64,000 bases of DNA, taken from NCBI RefSeq assembly GCF_009914755.1, contig NC_060941.1. One strand, 5' to 3'. Positions 39,956-52,500 of this stretch are shown piece after piece (the first letter of the stretch is position 1; every line of letters starts with the position of its first letter). Below the pieces are notes generated by a model. The model saw nothing but the letters and a program-made list of their open reading frames with translations, made no database searches and had not been told where the DNA came from. Source of the stretch: the human T2T-CHM13v2.0 reference genome, Homo sapiens. Position numbers and translations under genes: made by a program.

Positions 39956-42334
39956 CATTCTCACAAAATTCTTTGTGATGTTTGCATTCAAATCCCAGAG
40001 TTGAACCTTCCTTTGATAGTTCAGCTTTGAAACACTCTTTTTGTAGGATCTGCTGGTGGATATTTGGACCACTCTTTGGCCTTCGTTCGAAACGGGTACA
40101 TCTTCAAATAAAATCTAGACAGAAGCCTTCTCAGAAACTTCTCTGTGACGATTGCATTCAACTCAAAGAGTTGAACCCTCCTATGGATAGAGCAGTTTTG
40201 AATCTCTCTTTTTGTGGAATCTGCAAGTGGATATGTGGTCCTCTTTGAAGATGTCTTTGGAAACGGGAATATCTTCACATAAAAACTAAACAGAAGCATT
40301 CTCAGAAACTTCTCTGTGATGTTTGTGTTCAACTCACAGAGTTTCACGTTGCTTTTCATAGAGCAGATGAGAAACATGCTTTTCGTAGGGTCTGCAAGTG
40401 GACATTTGGAGAGATTTCAGGCCTGTGGTGGAAAACGAATTATCGTCACGTAAAAACGAGAGAGAAGCATTGTCAGAAACTTGTTTGTGATGACTGCATT
40501 CAACTCACAGAGTTGAAGGTTCCTTTTCAAACAGCAGTTTCCAAACACTCTTTCTGTGGCATCTGCAAGTGGATGTTTGGGCCTCTTTGAAGATTTCGTT
40601 GGAAACGGGATAATCTTCACAGAAAAGCTAAACAGAAGCGTTCTCAGAAACTTCTTTGTGATGTTTGCTTTCAACTCACAGAGTTGAACTTTCCTTTTGA
40701 GAGAGAAGCTTTGAAACACTCTTTTTCTAGAATCTGCAAGTGGATATTTGGAGGGCTTTGAGGCCTGTGGTGGAAAAGGAATTATCTTCCCGTAAGAACT
40801 AGATAGATGCATTCTCAGAAACTACTTTGTGACGATTGCATTCAAGTCACAGAGGTGAACATTCCCTTTCAGAGAGCACTTTGGAAACTCTCGTTGTGTA
40901 GAATCTGCAAGTGGAGATATGGACCGCTTTGAGGCCTATGGTAGTAAAGGAAACAGCTTCATATAAAAACTAGACAGCAGCATTCTCAGAAAACTCTTTG
41001 TGACGACTGAGTTTAACTCACAGGGCTGAACATTCCTTTGGATGGAGCAGTTTGGAAACACACTATCTGTAGGATCTGCAAGCGGATACTTGGGCCTCTC
41101 TGAGGATTTCGTGGGAAACGGGATAAACCGCACAGAACTAAACAGAAGCATTCTCAGAACCTTCTTCGTGATGTTTGCATTCAACCCACATTGTTGAACC
41201 TTTCTTTGATAGTTCAGGTTTGAAACACTCTTTTTGTAGAAACTGCAAGTGGATAACTGCACTTCTTTGAGGCCTATCGTAGTAAAGGAAATAACTTCCT
41301 ATAAAAACAAGACAGAAGCTTTCTCAGAAAATTCTCTGGGATGATTGAGTTGAACTCACAGAGCAGTACTTTCCTTGGGATGGAGTAGTTTCGAAACACA
41401 CTTTCTGTAGAATCTGCAAGTGGATATTTGGACCTGTCTGAGGAATTCGTTGCAAACGGGATAATTTCAGCTAAGTAAACAGAAGCAGTCTCAGAATCTT
41501 CTTGTGATGTTTGCATTCAAATCCCAGAATTGAACCTTCCTTTGAAAGTTCAGGTTGGAAACACTCTTTTTGCAGGATCTACAAGTGGATATTCGGACCA
41601 CTCTGTGGACTTCGTTCGAAACGGGTATATCTTCACATAACATCTAGACAGAAGCATTCTCAGAAACTTTTCTGTGATGACTGCATTCAACTCACAGAGT
41701 TGAACACTCCTTTTGAGAGCGCAGTTTTGAAACTCTCTTTCTCTGGAATCTGCAAGGGGACATGCAGACCTCTTTGAAGGTTTCGTTGGAAACGGAATCA
41801 TCTTCACATAAAAATTACACAGAAGCATCCTCAGGAACTCCTTGGTGATGTTTGTATTCAACTTCCAGAGTTGAACTTTCCTTCGGAAAGAGCAGCTATG
41901 AAACACTCTTTTTCTAGAATCTGCAAGTGGACATTGGGAGGGCTGTGAGGTTTGTGGTGGAAAAGGAAATATCTCCACATAAATACTAGATAGAAGCCTT
42001 CTCAGAAACTACTTTGTGATGATTGCATTCACCTCACGGAGTGGAGCATTCCTATTGACAGAGCAGTTTGGAAACACTCTTGTTGTAGAATCTGCTAGTG
42101 GAGATTTGGAGCGCTTTGAGGCCTATGGTAGTAAAGGGAAGAGCTTCACATAAAATCTAGACAGAAGCATTCTCAGAAAATACTTTGTGATGATTGAGTT
42201 TAACACACAGAGCTGAACATTCCTTTGGATGGAGAAGGTTTGAAACACACTTTCTGTAGAATCTGCGAGTGGATATTTGGACCTCTCTGAGGATTTCGTT
42301 GGAAACGGGATAACTGCACCTAACTAAACGGAAG

Positions 42335-43526
42335 CATTCTCACAAAATTCTTTGTGATGTTTGCATTCAAATCCCAGAGTTGAACCTTCCTTTGATAGTT
42401 CAGCTTTGAAACACTCTTTTTGTAGGATCTGCAAGTGGATATTTGGACCACTCTTTGGCCTTCGTTCGAAACGGGTACATCTTCAAATAAAATCTAGACA
42501 GAAGCCTTCTCAGAAACTTCTCTGTGACGATTGCATTCAACCCAAAGAGTTGAACCCTCCTATGGATAGAGCAGTTTTGAATCTCTCTTTTTGTGGAATC
42601 TGCAAGTGGATATGTGGTCCTCTTTGAAGATGTCTTTGGAAACGGGAATATCTTCACATAAAAACTAAACAGAAGCATTCTCAGAAACTTCTCTGTGATG
42701 TTTGTGTTCAACTCACAGAGTTTCACGTTGCTTTTCATAGAGCAGATGAGAAACATGCTTTTCGTAGGGTCTGCAAGTGGACATTTGGAGAGCTTTCAGG
42801 CCTGTGGTGGAAAACGAATTATCGTCACGTAAAAACTAGAGAGAAGCATTGTCAGAAACTTGTTTGTGATGACTGCATTCAACTCACAGAGTTGAAGGTT
42901 CCTTTTCAAACAGCAGTTTCCAAACACTCTTTCTGTGGCATCTGCAAGTGGATGTTTGGGCCTCTTTGAAGATTTCGTTGGAAACGGGATAATCTTCACA
43001 GAAAAGCTAAACAGAAGCATTCTCAGAAACTTCTTTGTGATGTTTGCTTTCAACTCACAGAGTTGAACTTTCCTTTTGAGAGAGAAGCTTTGAAACACTC
43101 TTTTTCTAGAATCTGCAAGTGGACATTGGGAGGGCTGTGAGGTTTGTGGTGGAAAAGGAAATATCTCCACATAAATACTAGATAGAAGCCTTCTCAGAAA
43201 CTACTTTGTGATGATTGCATTCACCTCACGGAGTGGAGCATTCCTATTGACAGAGCAGTTTGGAAACACTCTTGTTGTAGAATCTGCTAGTGGAGATTTG
43301 GAGCGCTTTGAGGCCTATGGTAGTAAAGGGAAGAGCTTCACATAAAATCTAGACAGAAGCATTCTCAGAAAATACTTTGTGATGATTGAGTTTAACACAC
43401 AGAGCTGAACATTCCTTTGAATGGAGAAGGTTTGAAACACACTTTCTGTAGAATCTGCGAGTGGATATTTGGACCTCTCTGAGGATTTCGTTGGAAACGG
43501 GATAACTGCACCTAACTAAACGGAAG
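42335..43526 (+). repeat. 1192-bp 7-mer variant HOR, copy 5
   Basis: Spacing 42361 to 43553; junction at 43124. Confidence 0.96.
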
Positions 43527-46500
43527 CATTCTCACAAAATTCTTTGTGATGTTTGCATTCAAATCCCAGAGTTGAACCTTCCTTTGATAGTTCAGCTTTG
43601 AAACACTCTTTTTGTAGGATCTGCTGGTGGATATTTGGACCACTCTTTGGCCTTCGTTCGAAACGGGTACATCTTCAAATAAAATCTAGACAGAAGCCTT
43701 CTCAGAAACTTCTCTGTGACGATTGCATTCAACTCAAAGAGTTGAACCCTCCTATGGATAGAGCAGTTTTGAATCTCTCTTTTTGTGGAATCTGCAAGTG
43801 GATATGTGGTCCTCTTTGAAGATGTCTTTGGAAACGGGAATATCTTCACATAAAAACTAAACAGAAGCATTCTCAGAAACTTCTCTGTGATGTTTGTGTT
43901 CAAATCACAGAGTTTCACGTTGCTTTTCATAGAGCAGATGAGAAACATGCTTTTCGTAGGGTCTGCAAGTGGACATTTGGAGAGATTTCAGGCCTGTGGT
44001 GGAAAACGAATTATCGTCACGTAAAAACGAGAGAGAAGCATTGTCAGAAACTTGTTTGTGATGACTGCATTCAACTCACAGAGTTGAAGGTTCCTTTTCA
44101 AACAGCAGTTTCCAAACACTCTTTCTGTGGCATCTGCAAGTGGATGTTTGGGCCTCTTTGAAGATTTCGTTGGAAACGGGATAATCTTCACAGAAAAGCT
44201 AAACAGAAGCATTCTCAGAAACTTCTTTGTGATGTTTGCTTTCAACTCACAGAGTTGAACTTTCCTTTTGAGAGAGAAGCTTTGAAACACTCTTTTTCTA
44301 GAATCTGCAAGTGGATATTTGGAGGGCTTTGAGGCCTGAGGTGGAAAAGGAATTATCTTCCCGTAAGAACTAGATAGATGCATTCTCAGAAACTACTTTG
44401 TGACGATTGCATTCAAGTCACAGAGGTGAACATTCCCTTTCAGAGAGCACTTTGGAAACTCTCGTTGTGTAGAATCTGCAAGTGGAGATATGGACCGCTT
44501 TGAGGCCTATGGTAGTAAAGGAAACAGCTTCATATAAAAACTAGACAGCAGCATTCTCAGAAAACTCTTTGTGACGACTGAGTTTAACTCACAGGGCTGA
44601 ACATTCCTTTGGATGGAGCAGTTTGGAAACACACTATCTGTAGGATCTGCAAGCGGATACTTGGGCCTCCCTGAGGATTTCGTTGGAAACGGGATAAACC
44701 GCACAGAACTAAACAGAAGCATTCTCAGAACCTTCTTCGTGATGTTTGCATTCAACCCACAGTGTTGAACCTTTCTTTGATAGTTCAGGTTTGAAACACT
44801 CTTTTTGTAGAAACTGCAAGTGGATAACTGCACTTCTTTGAGGCCTATCGTAGTAAAGGAAATAACTTCCTATAAAAACAAGACAGAAGCTTTCTCAGAA
44901 AATTCTCTGGGATGATTGAGTTGAACTCACAGAGCAGTACTTTCCTTGGGATGGAGTAGTTTCGAAACACACTTTCTGTAGAATCTGCAAGTGGATATTT
45001 GGACCTGTCTGAGGAATTCGTTGCAAACGGGATAATTTCAGCTAAGTAAACAGAAGCAGTCTCAGAATCTTCTTGTGATGTTTGCATTCAAATCCCAGAA
45101 CTGAACCTTCCTTTGAAAGTTCAGGTTGGAAACACTCTTTTTGCAGGATCTACAAGTGGATATTCGGACCACTCTGTGGACTTCGTTCGAAACGGGTATA
45201 TCTTCACATAACATCTAGACAGAAGCATTCTCAGAAACTTTTCTGTGATGACTGCATTCAACTCACAGAGTTGAACACTCCTTTTGAGAGCGCAGTTTTG
45301 AAACTCTCTTTCTCTGGAATCTGCAAGGGGACATGCAGACCTCTTTGAAGGTTTCGTTGGAAACGGAATCATCTTCACATAAAAATTACACAGAAGCATC
45401 CTCAGGAACTCCTTGGTGATGTTTGTATTCAACTTCCAGAGTTGAACTTTCCTTCGGAAAGAACAGCTATGAAACACTCTTTTTCTAGAATTTGCAAGTG
45501 GACATTGGGAGGGCTGTGAGGTTTGTGGTGGAAAAGGAAATATCTCCACATAAATACTAGATAGAAGCCTTCTCAGAAACTACTTTGTGATGATTTCATT
45601 CACCTCACGGAGTGGAGCATTCGTATTGACAGAGCAGTTTGGAAACACTCTTGTTGTAGAATCTCCTAGTGGAGATTTGGAGCGCTTTGAGGCCTATGGT
45701 AGTAAAGGGAAGAGCTTCACATAAAATCTAGACAGAAGCATTCTCAGAAAATACTTTGTGATGATTGAGTTTAACACACAGAGCTGAACATTCCTTTGGA
45801 TGGAGAAGGTTTGAAACACACTTTCTGTAGAATCTGCGAGTGGATATTTGGACCTCTCTGAGGATTTCGTTGGAAACGGGATAACTGCACCTAACTAAAC
45901 GGAAGCATTCTCACAAAATTCTTTGTGATGTTTGCATTCAAATCCCAGAGTTGAACCTTCCTTTGATAGTTCAGCTTTGAAACACTCTTTTTGTAGGATC
46001 TGCAAGTGGATACTTGGACCACTCTTTGGCCTTCGTTCGAAACGGGTACATCTTCAAATAAAATCTAGACAGAAGCCTTCTCAGGAACTTCTCTGTGACG
46101 ATTGCATTCAACTCAAAGAGTTGAACCCTCCTATGGATAGAGCAGTTTTGAATCTCTCTTTTTGTGGAATCTGCAAGTGGATATGTGGTCCTCTTTGAAG
46201 ATGTCTTTGGAAACGGGAATATCTTCACATAAAAACTAAACAGAAGCATTCTCAGAAACTTCTCTGTGATGTTTGTGTTCAACTCACAGAGTTTCACGTT
46301 GCTTTTCATAGAGCAGATGAGAAACATGCTTTTCGTAGGGTCTGCAAGTGGACATTTGGAGAGATTTCAGGCCTGTGGTGGAAAACGAATTATCGTCACG
46401 TAAAAACGAGAGAGAAGCATTGTCAGAAACTTGTTTGTGATGACTGCATTCAACTCACAGAGTTGAAGGTTCCTTTTCAAACAGCAGTTTCCAAACACTC

Positions 46501-49500
46501 TTTCTGTGGCATCTGCAAGTGGATGTTTGGGCCTCTTTGAAGATTTCGTTGGAAACGGGATAATCTTCACAGAAAAGCTAAACAGAAGCATTCTCAGAAA
46601 CTTCTTTGTGATGTTTGCTTTCAACTCACAGAGTTGAACTTTCCTTTTGAGAGAGAAGCTTTGAAACACTCTTTTTCTAGAATCTGCAAGTGGATATTTG
46701 GAGGGCTTTGAGGCCTGAGGTGGAAAAGGAATTATCTTCCCGTAAGAACTAGATAGATGCATTCTCAGAAACTACTTTGTGACGATTGCATTCAAGTCAC
46801 AGAGGTGAACATTCCCTTTCAGAGAGCACTTTGGAAACTCTCGTTGTGTAGAATCTGCAAGTGGAGATATGGACCGCTTTGAGGCCTATGGTAGTAAAGG
46901 AAACAGCTTCATATAAAAACTAGACAGCAGCATTCTCAGAAAACTCTTTGTGACGACTGAGTTTAACTCACAGGGCTGAACATTCCTTTGGATGGAGCAG
47001 TTTGGAAACACACTATCTGTAGGATCTGCAAGCGGATACTTGGGCCTCCCTGAGGATTTCGTTGGAAACGGGATAAACCGCACAGAACTAAACAGAAGCA
47101 TTCTCAGAACCTTCTTCGTGATGTTTGCATTCAACCCACAGTGTTGAACCTTTCTTTGATAGTTCAGGTTTGAAACACTCTTTTTGTAGAAACTGCAAGT
47201 GGATAACTGCACTTCTTTGAGGCCTATCGTAGTAAAGGAAATAACTTCCTATAAAAACAAGACAGAAGCTTTCTCAGAAAATTCTCTGGGATGATTGAGT
47301 TGAACTCACAGAGCAGTACTTTCCTTGGGATGGAGTAGTTTCGAAACACACTTTCTGTAGAATCTGCAAGTGGATATTTGGACCTGTCTGAGGAATTCGT
47401 TGCAAACGGGATAATTTCAGCTAAGTAAACAGAAGCAGTCTCAGAATCTTCTTGTGATGTTTGCATTCAAATCCCAGAACTGAACCTTCCTTTGAAAGTT
47501 CAGGTTGGAAACACTCTTTTTGCAGGATCTACAAGTGGATATTCGGACCACTCTGTGGACTTCGTTCGAAACGGGTATATCTTCACATAACATCTAGACA
47601 GAAGCATTCTCAGAAACTTTTCTGTGATGACTGCATTCAACTCACAGAGTTGAACACTCCTTTTGAGAGCGCAGTTTTGAAACTCTCTTTCTCTGGAATC
47701 TGCAAGGGGACATGCAGACCTCTTTGAAGGTTTCGTTGGAAACGGAATCATCTTCACATAAAAATTACACAGAAGCATCCTCAGGAACTCCTTGGTGATG
47801 TTTGTATTCAACTTCCAGAGTTGAACTTTCCTTCGGAAAGAGCAGCTATGAAACACTCTTTTTCTAGAATCTGCCAGTGGACATTGGGAGGGCTGTGAGG
47901 TTTGTGGTGGAAAAGGAAATATCTCCACATAAATACTAGATAGAAGCCTTCTCAGAAACTACTTTGTGATGATTGCATTCACCTCACGGAGTGGAGCATT
48001 CCTATTGACAGAGCAGTTTGGAAACACTCTTGTTGTAGAATCTCCTAGTGGAGATTTGGAGCGCTTTGAGGCCTACGGTAGTAAAGGGAAGAGCTTCACA
48101 TAAAATCTAGACAGAAGCATTCTCAGAAAATACTTTGTGATGATTGAGTTTAACACACAGAGCTGAACATTCCTTTGGATGGAGAAGGTTTGAAACACAC
48201 TTTCTGTAGAATCTGCGAGTGGATATTTGGACCTCTCTGAGGATTTCGTTGGAAACGGGATAACTGCACCTAACTAAACGGAAGCATTCTCACAAAATTC
48301 TTTGTGATGTTTGCATTCAAATCCCAGAGTTGAACCTTCCTTTGATAGTCCAGCTTTGAAACACTCTTTTTGTAGGATCTGCAGGTGGATATTTGGACCA
48401 CTCTTTGGCCTTCGTTCGAAACGGGTACATCTTGAAATAAAATCTAGACAGAAGCCTTCTCAGAAACTTCTCTGTGACGGTTGCATTCAACTCAAAGAGT
48501 TGAACCCTCCTATGGATAGAGCAGTTTTGAATCTCTCTTTTCGTGGAATCTGCAAGTGGATATGTGGTCCTCTTTGAAGATGTCTTTGGAAACGGGAATA
48601 TCTTCACATAAAAACTAAACAGAAGCATTCTCAGAAACTTCTCTGTGATGTTTGTGTTCAACTCACAGAGTTTCACGTTGCTTTTCATAGAGCAGATGAG
48701 AAACATGCTTTTCGTAGGGTCTGCAAGTGGACATTTGGAGAGCTTTCAGGCCTGTGGTGGAAAACGAATTATCGTCACGTAAAAACTAGAGAGAAGCATT
48801 GTCAGAAACTTGTTTGTGATGACTGCATTCAACTCACAGAGTTGAAGGTTCCTTTTCAAACAGCAGTTTCCAAACACTCTTTCTGTGGCATCTGCAAGTG
48901 GATGTTTGGGCCTCTTTGAAGATTTCGTTGGAAACGGGATAATCTTCACAGAAAAGCTAAACAGAAGCATTCTCAGAAACTTCTTTGTGATGTTTGCTTT
49001 CAACTCACAGAGTTGAACTTTCCTTTTGAGAGAGAAGCTTTGAAACACTCTTTTTCTAGAATCTGCAAGTGGATATTTGGAGGGCTTGGAGGCCTGTGGT
49101 GGAAAAGGAATTATCTTCCCATAAGAACTAGATAGATGCATTCTCAGAAACTACTTTGTGACGATTGCATTCAAGTCACAGAGGTGAACATTCCCTTTCA
49201 GAGAGCACTTTGGAAACTCTCATTGTGTAGAATCTGCAAGTGGAGATATGGACCGCTTTGAGGCCTATGGTAGTAAAGGAAACAGCTTCATATAAAAACT
49301 AGACAGCAGCATTCTCAGAAAACTCTTTGTGACGACTGAGTTTAACTCACAAGGCTGAACATTCCTTTGGATGGAGCAGTTTGGAAACACACTATCTGTA
49401 GGATCTGCAAGCGGATACTTGGGCCTCTCTAAGGATTTCGTTGGAAACGGGATAAACCGCACAGAGCTAAACAGAAGCATTCTCAGAACCTTCTTCATGA

Positions 49501-52500
49501 TGTTTGCATTCAACCCACAGTGTTGAACCTTTCTTTGATAGTTCAGGTTTGAAACACTCTTTTTGTAGAAACTGCAAGTGGATAACTGCACTTCTTTGAG
49601 GCCTATCGTAGTAAAGGAAATAACTTCCTATAAAAACAAGACAGAAGCTTTCTCAGAAAATTCTCTGGGATGATTGAGTTGAACTCACAGAGCAGTACTT
49701 TCCTTGGGATGGAGTAGTTTCAAAACACACTTTCTGTAGAATCTGCAAGTGGATATTTGGACCTGTCTGAGGAATTCGTTGCAAACGGGATAATTTCAGC
49801 TAAGTAAACAGAAGCAGTCTCAGAATCTTCTTGTGATGTTTGCATTGAAATCCCAGAATTGAACCTTCCTTTGAAAGTTCAGGTTGGAAACACTCTTTTT
49901 GCAGGATCTACAAGTGGATATTCGGACCACTCTGTGGACTTCGTTCGAAACGGGTATATCTTCACATAACATCTAGACAGAAGCATTCTCAGAAACTTTT
50001 CTGTGATGACTCCATTCAACTCACTGAGTTGAACACTCCTTTTGAGAGCGCAGTTTTGAAACTCTCTTTCTCTGGAATCTGCAAGGGGACATGCAGACCT
50101 CTTTGAAGGTTTCGTTGGAAACGGAATCATCTTCACATAAAAATTACACAGAAGCATCCTCAGGAACTCCTTGGTGATGTTTGTATTCAACTTCCAGAGT
50201 TGAACTTTCCTTCGGAAAGAGCAGCTATGAAACACTCTTTTTCTAGAATCTGCAAGTGGACATTGGGAGGGCTGTGAGGTTTGTGGTGGAAAAGGAAATA
50301 TCTCCACATAAATACTAGATAGAAGCCTTCTCAGAAACTACTTTGTGATGATTGCATTCACCTCACGGAGTGGAGCATTCCTATTGACAGAGCAGTTTGG
50401 AAACACTCTTGTTGTAGAATCTCCTAGTGGAGATTTGGAGCGCTTTGAGGCCTATGGTAGTATAGGGAAGACCTTCACATAAAATCTAGACAGAAGCATT
50501 CTCAGAAAATACTTTGTGATGATTGAGTTTAACACACAGAGCTGAACATTCCTTTGGATGGAGAAGGTTTGAAACACACTTTCTGTAGAATCTGCGAGTG
50601 GATATTTGGACCTCTCTGAGGATTTCGTTGGAAACGGGATAACTGCACCTAACTAAACGGAAGCATTCTCACAAAATTCTTTGTGATGTTTGCATTCAAA
50701 TCCCAGAGTTGAACCTTCCTTTGATAGTTCAGCTTTGAAACACTCTTTTTGTAGGATCTGCAGGGGGATATTTGGACCACGCTTTGGCCTTCGTTCGAAA
50801 AGGGTACATCTTCAAATAAAATCTAGACAGAAGCCTTCTCAGAAACTTCTCTGTGACGATTGCATTCAACTCAAAGCGTTGAAACCTCCTATGGATAGAG
50901 CAGTTTTGAATCTCTCTTTTTGTGGAATCTGCAAGTGGATATGTGGTCCTCTTTGAAGATGTCTTTGGAAACGGGAATATCTTCACATAAAAACTAAACA
51001 GAAGCATTCTCAGAAACTTCTCTGTGATGTTTGTGTTCAACTCACAGAGTTTCACGTTGCTTTTCATAGAGCAGATGAGAAACATGCTTTTCGTAGTGTC
51101 TGCAAGTGGACATTTGGAGAGATTTCAGGCCTGTGGTGGAAAACGAATTATCGTCACGTAAAAACTAGAGAGAAGCATTGTCAGAAACTTGTTTGTGATG
51201 ACTGCATTCAACTCACAGAGTTGAAGGTTCCTTTTCAAACAGTCGTTTCCAAACACTCTTTCTGTGGCATCTGCAAGTGGATGTTTGGGCCTCTTTGAAG
51301 ATTTCATTGGAAACGGGATAATCTTCACAGAAAAGCTAAACAGAAGCATTCTCAGAAACTTGTTTGTGATGTTTGCTTTCAACTCACAGAGTTGAACTTT
51401 CCTTTTGAGAGAGAAGCTTTGAAACACTCTTTTTCTAGAATCTGCAAGTGGATATTTGGAGGGCTTTGAGGCCTGTGGTGGAAAAGGAATTATCTTCCCG
51501 TAGGAACTAGATAGATGCATTCTCAGAAACTACTTTGTGACGATTGCATTCAAGTCACAGAGGTGAACATTCCCTTTCAGAGAGCACTTTGGAAACTCTC
51601 GTTGTGTAGAATCTGCAAGTGGAGATATGGACCGCTTTGAGGCCTATGGTAGTAAAGGAAAGAGCTTCATATAAAAGCTAGACAGCAGCATTCTCAGAAA
51701 ACTCTTTGTGATGACTGAGTTTAACTCACAGGGCTGAACATTCCTTTGGATGGAGCAGTTTGGAAACACACTATCTGTAGGATCTGCAAGCGGATACTTG
51801 GGCCTCTCTGAGGATTTCGTTGGAAACGGGATAAACCGCACAGAACTAAACAGAAGCATTCTCAGAACCTTCTTCGTGATGTTTGCATTCAACCCACAGT
51901 GTTGAACCTTTCTTTGATAGTTCAGGTTTGAAACACTCTTTTTGTAGAAACTGCAAGTGGATAACTGCACTTCTTTGAGGCCTATCGTAGTAAAGGAAAT
52001 AACTTCCTATAAAAACAAGACAGAAGCTTTCTCAGAAAAATCTCTGGGATGATTGTGTTGAACTCACAGAGCAGTACTTTCCTTGGGATGGAGTAGTTTC
52101 GAAACACACTTTCTGTAGAATCTGCAAGTGGATATTTAGACCTGTCTGAGGAATTCGTTGCAAACGGGATAATTTCAGCTAAGTAAACAGAAGCAGTCTC
52201 AGAATTTTCTTGTGATGTTTGCATTCAAATCCCAGAATTGAACCTTCCTTTGAAAGTTCAGTTTGGAAACACTCTTTTTGCAGGATCTACAAGTGGATAT
52301 TCGGACCTCTCTGTGGACTTCGTTCGAAACGGGTATATCTTCACATAACATCTAGACAGAAGCATTCTCAGAAACTTTTCTGTGATGACTGCATTCAACT
52401 CACAGAGTTGAACACTCCTTTTGAGAGCGCAGTTTGGAAACTCTCTTTCTCTGGAATCTGCAAGGGGACATGCAGACCTCTTTGAAGGTTTCGTTGGAAA

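Larger units (their letters stand above)
25672..43526 (+). repeat. Super-repeat: five tandem 3571-bp units (14-mer + 7-mer = 21 monomers)
   Basis: EcoRI sites at 27159, 30730, 34301, 37872, 41443, 45014 and hybrid junctions at 28840, 32411, 35982, 39553, 43124 are all exactly 3571 apart. Confidence 0.95.
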
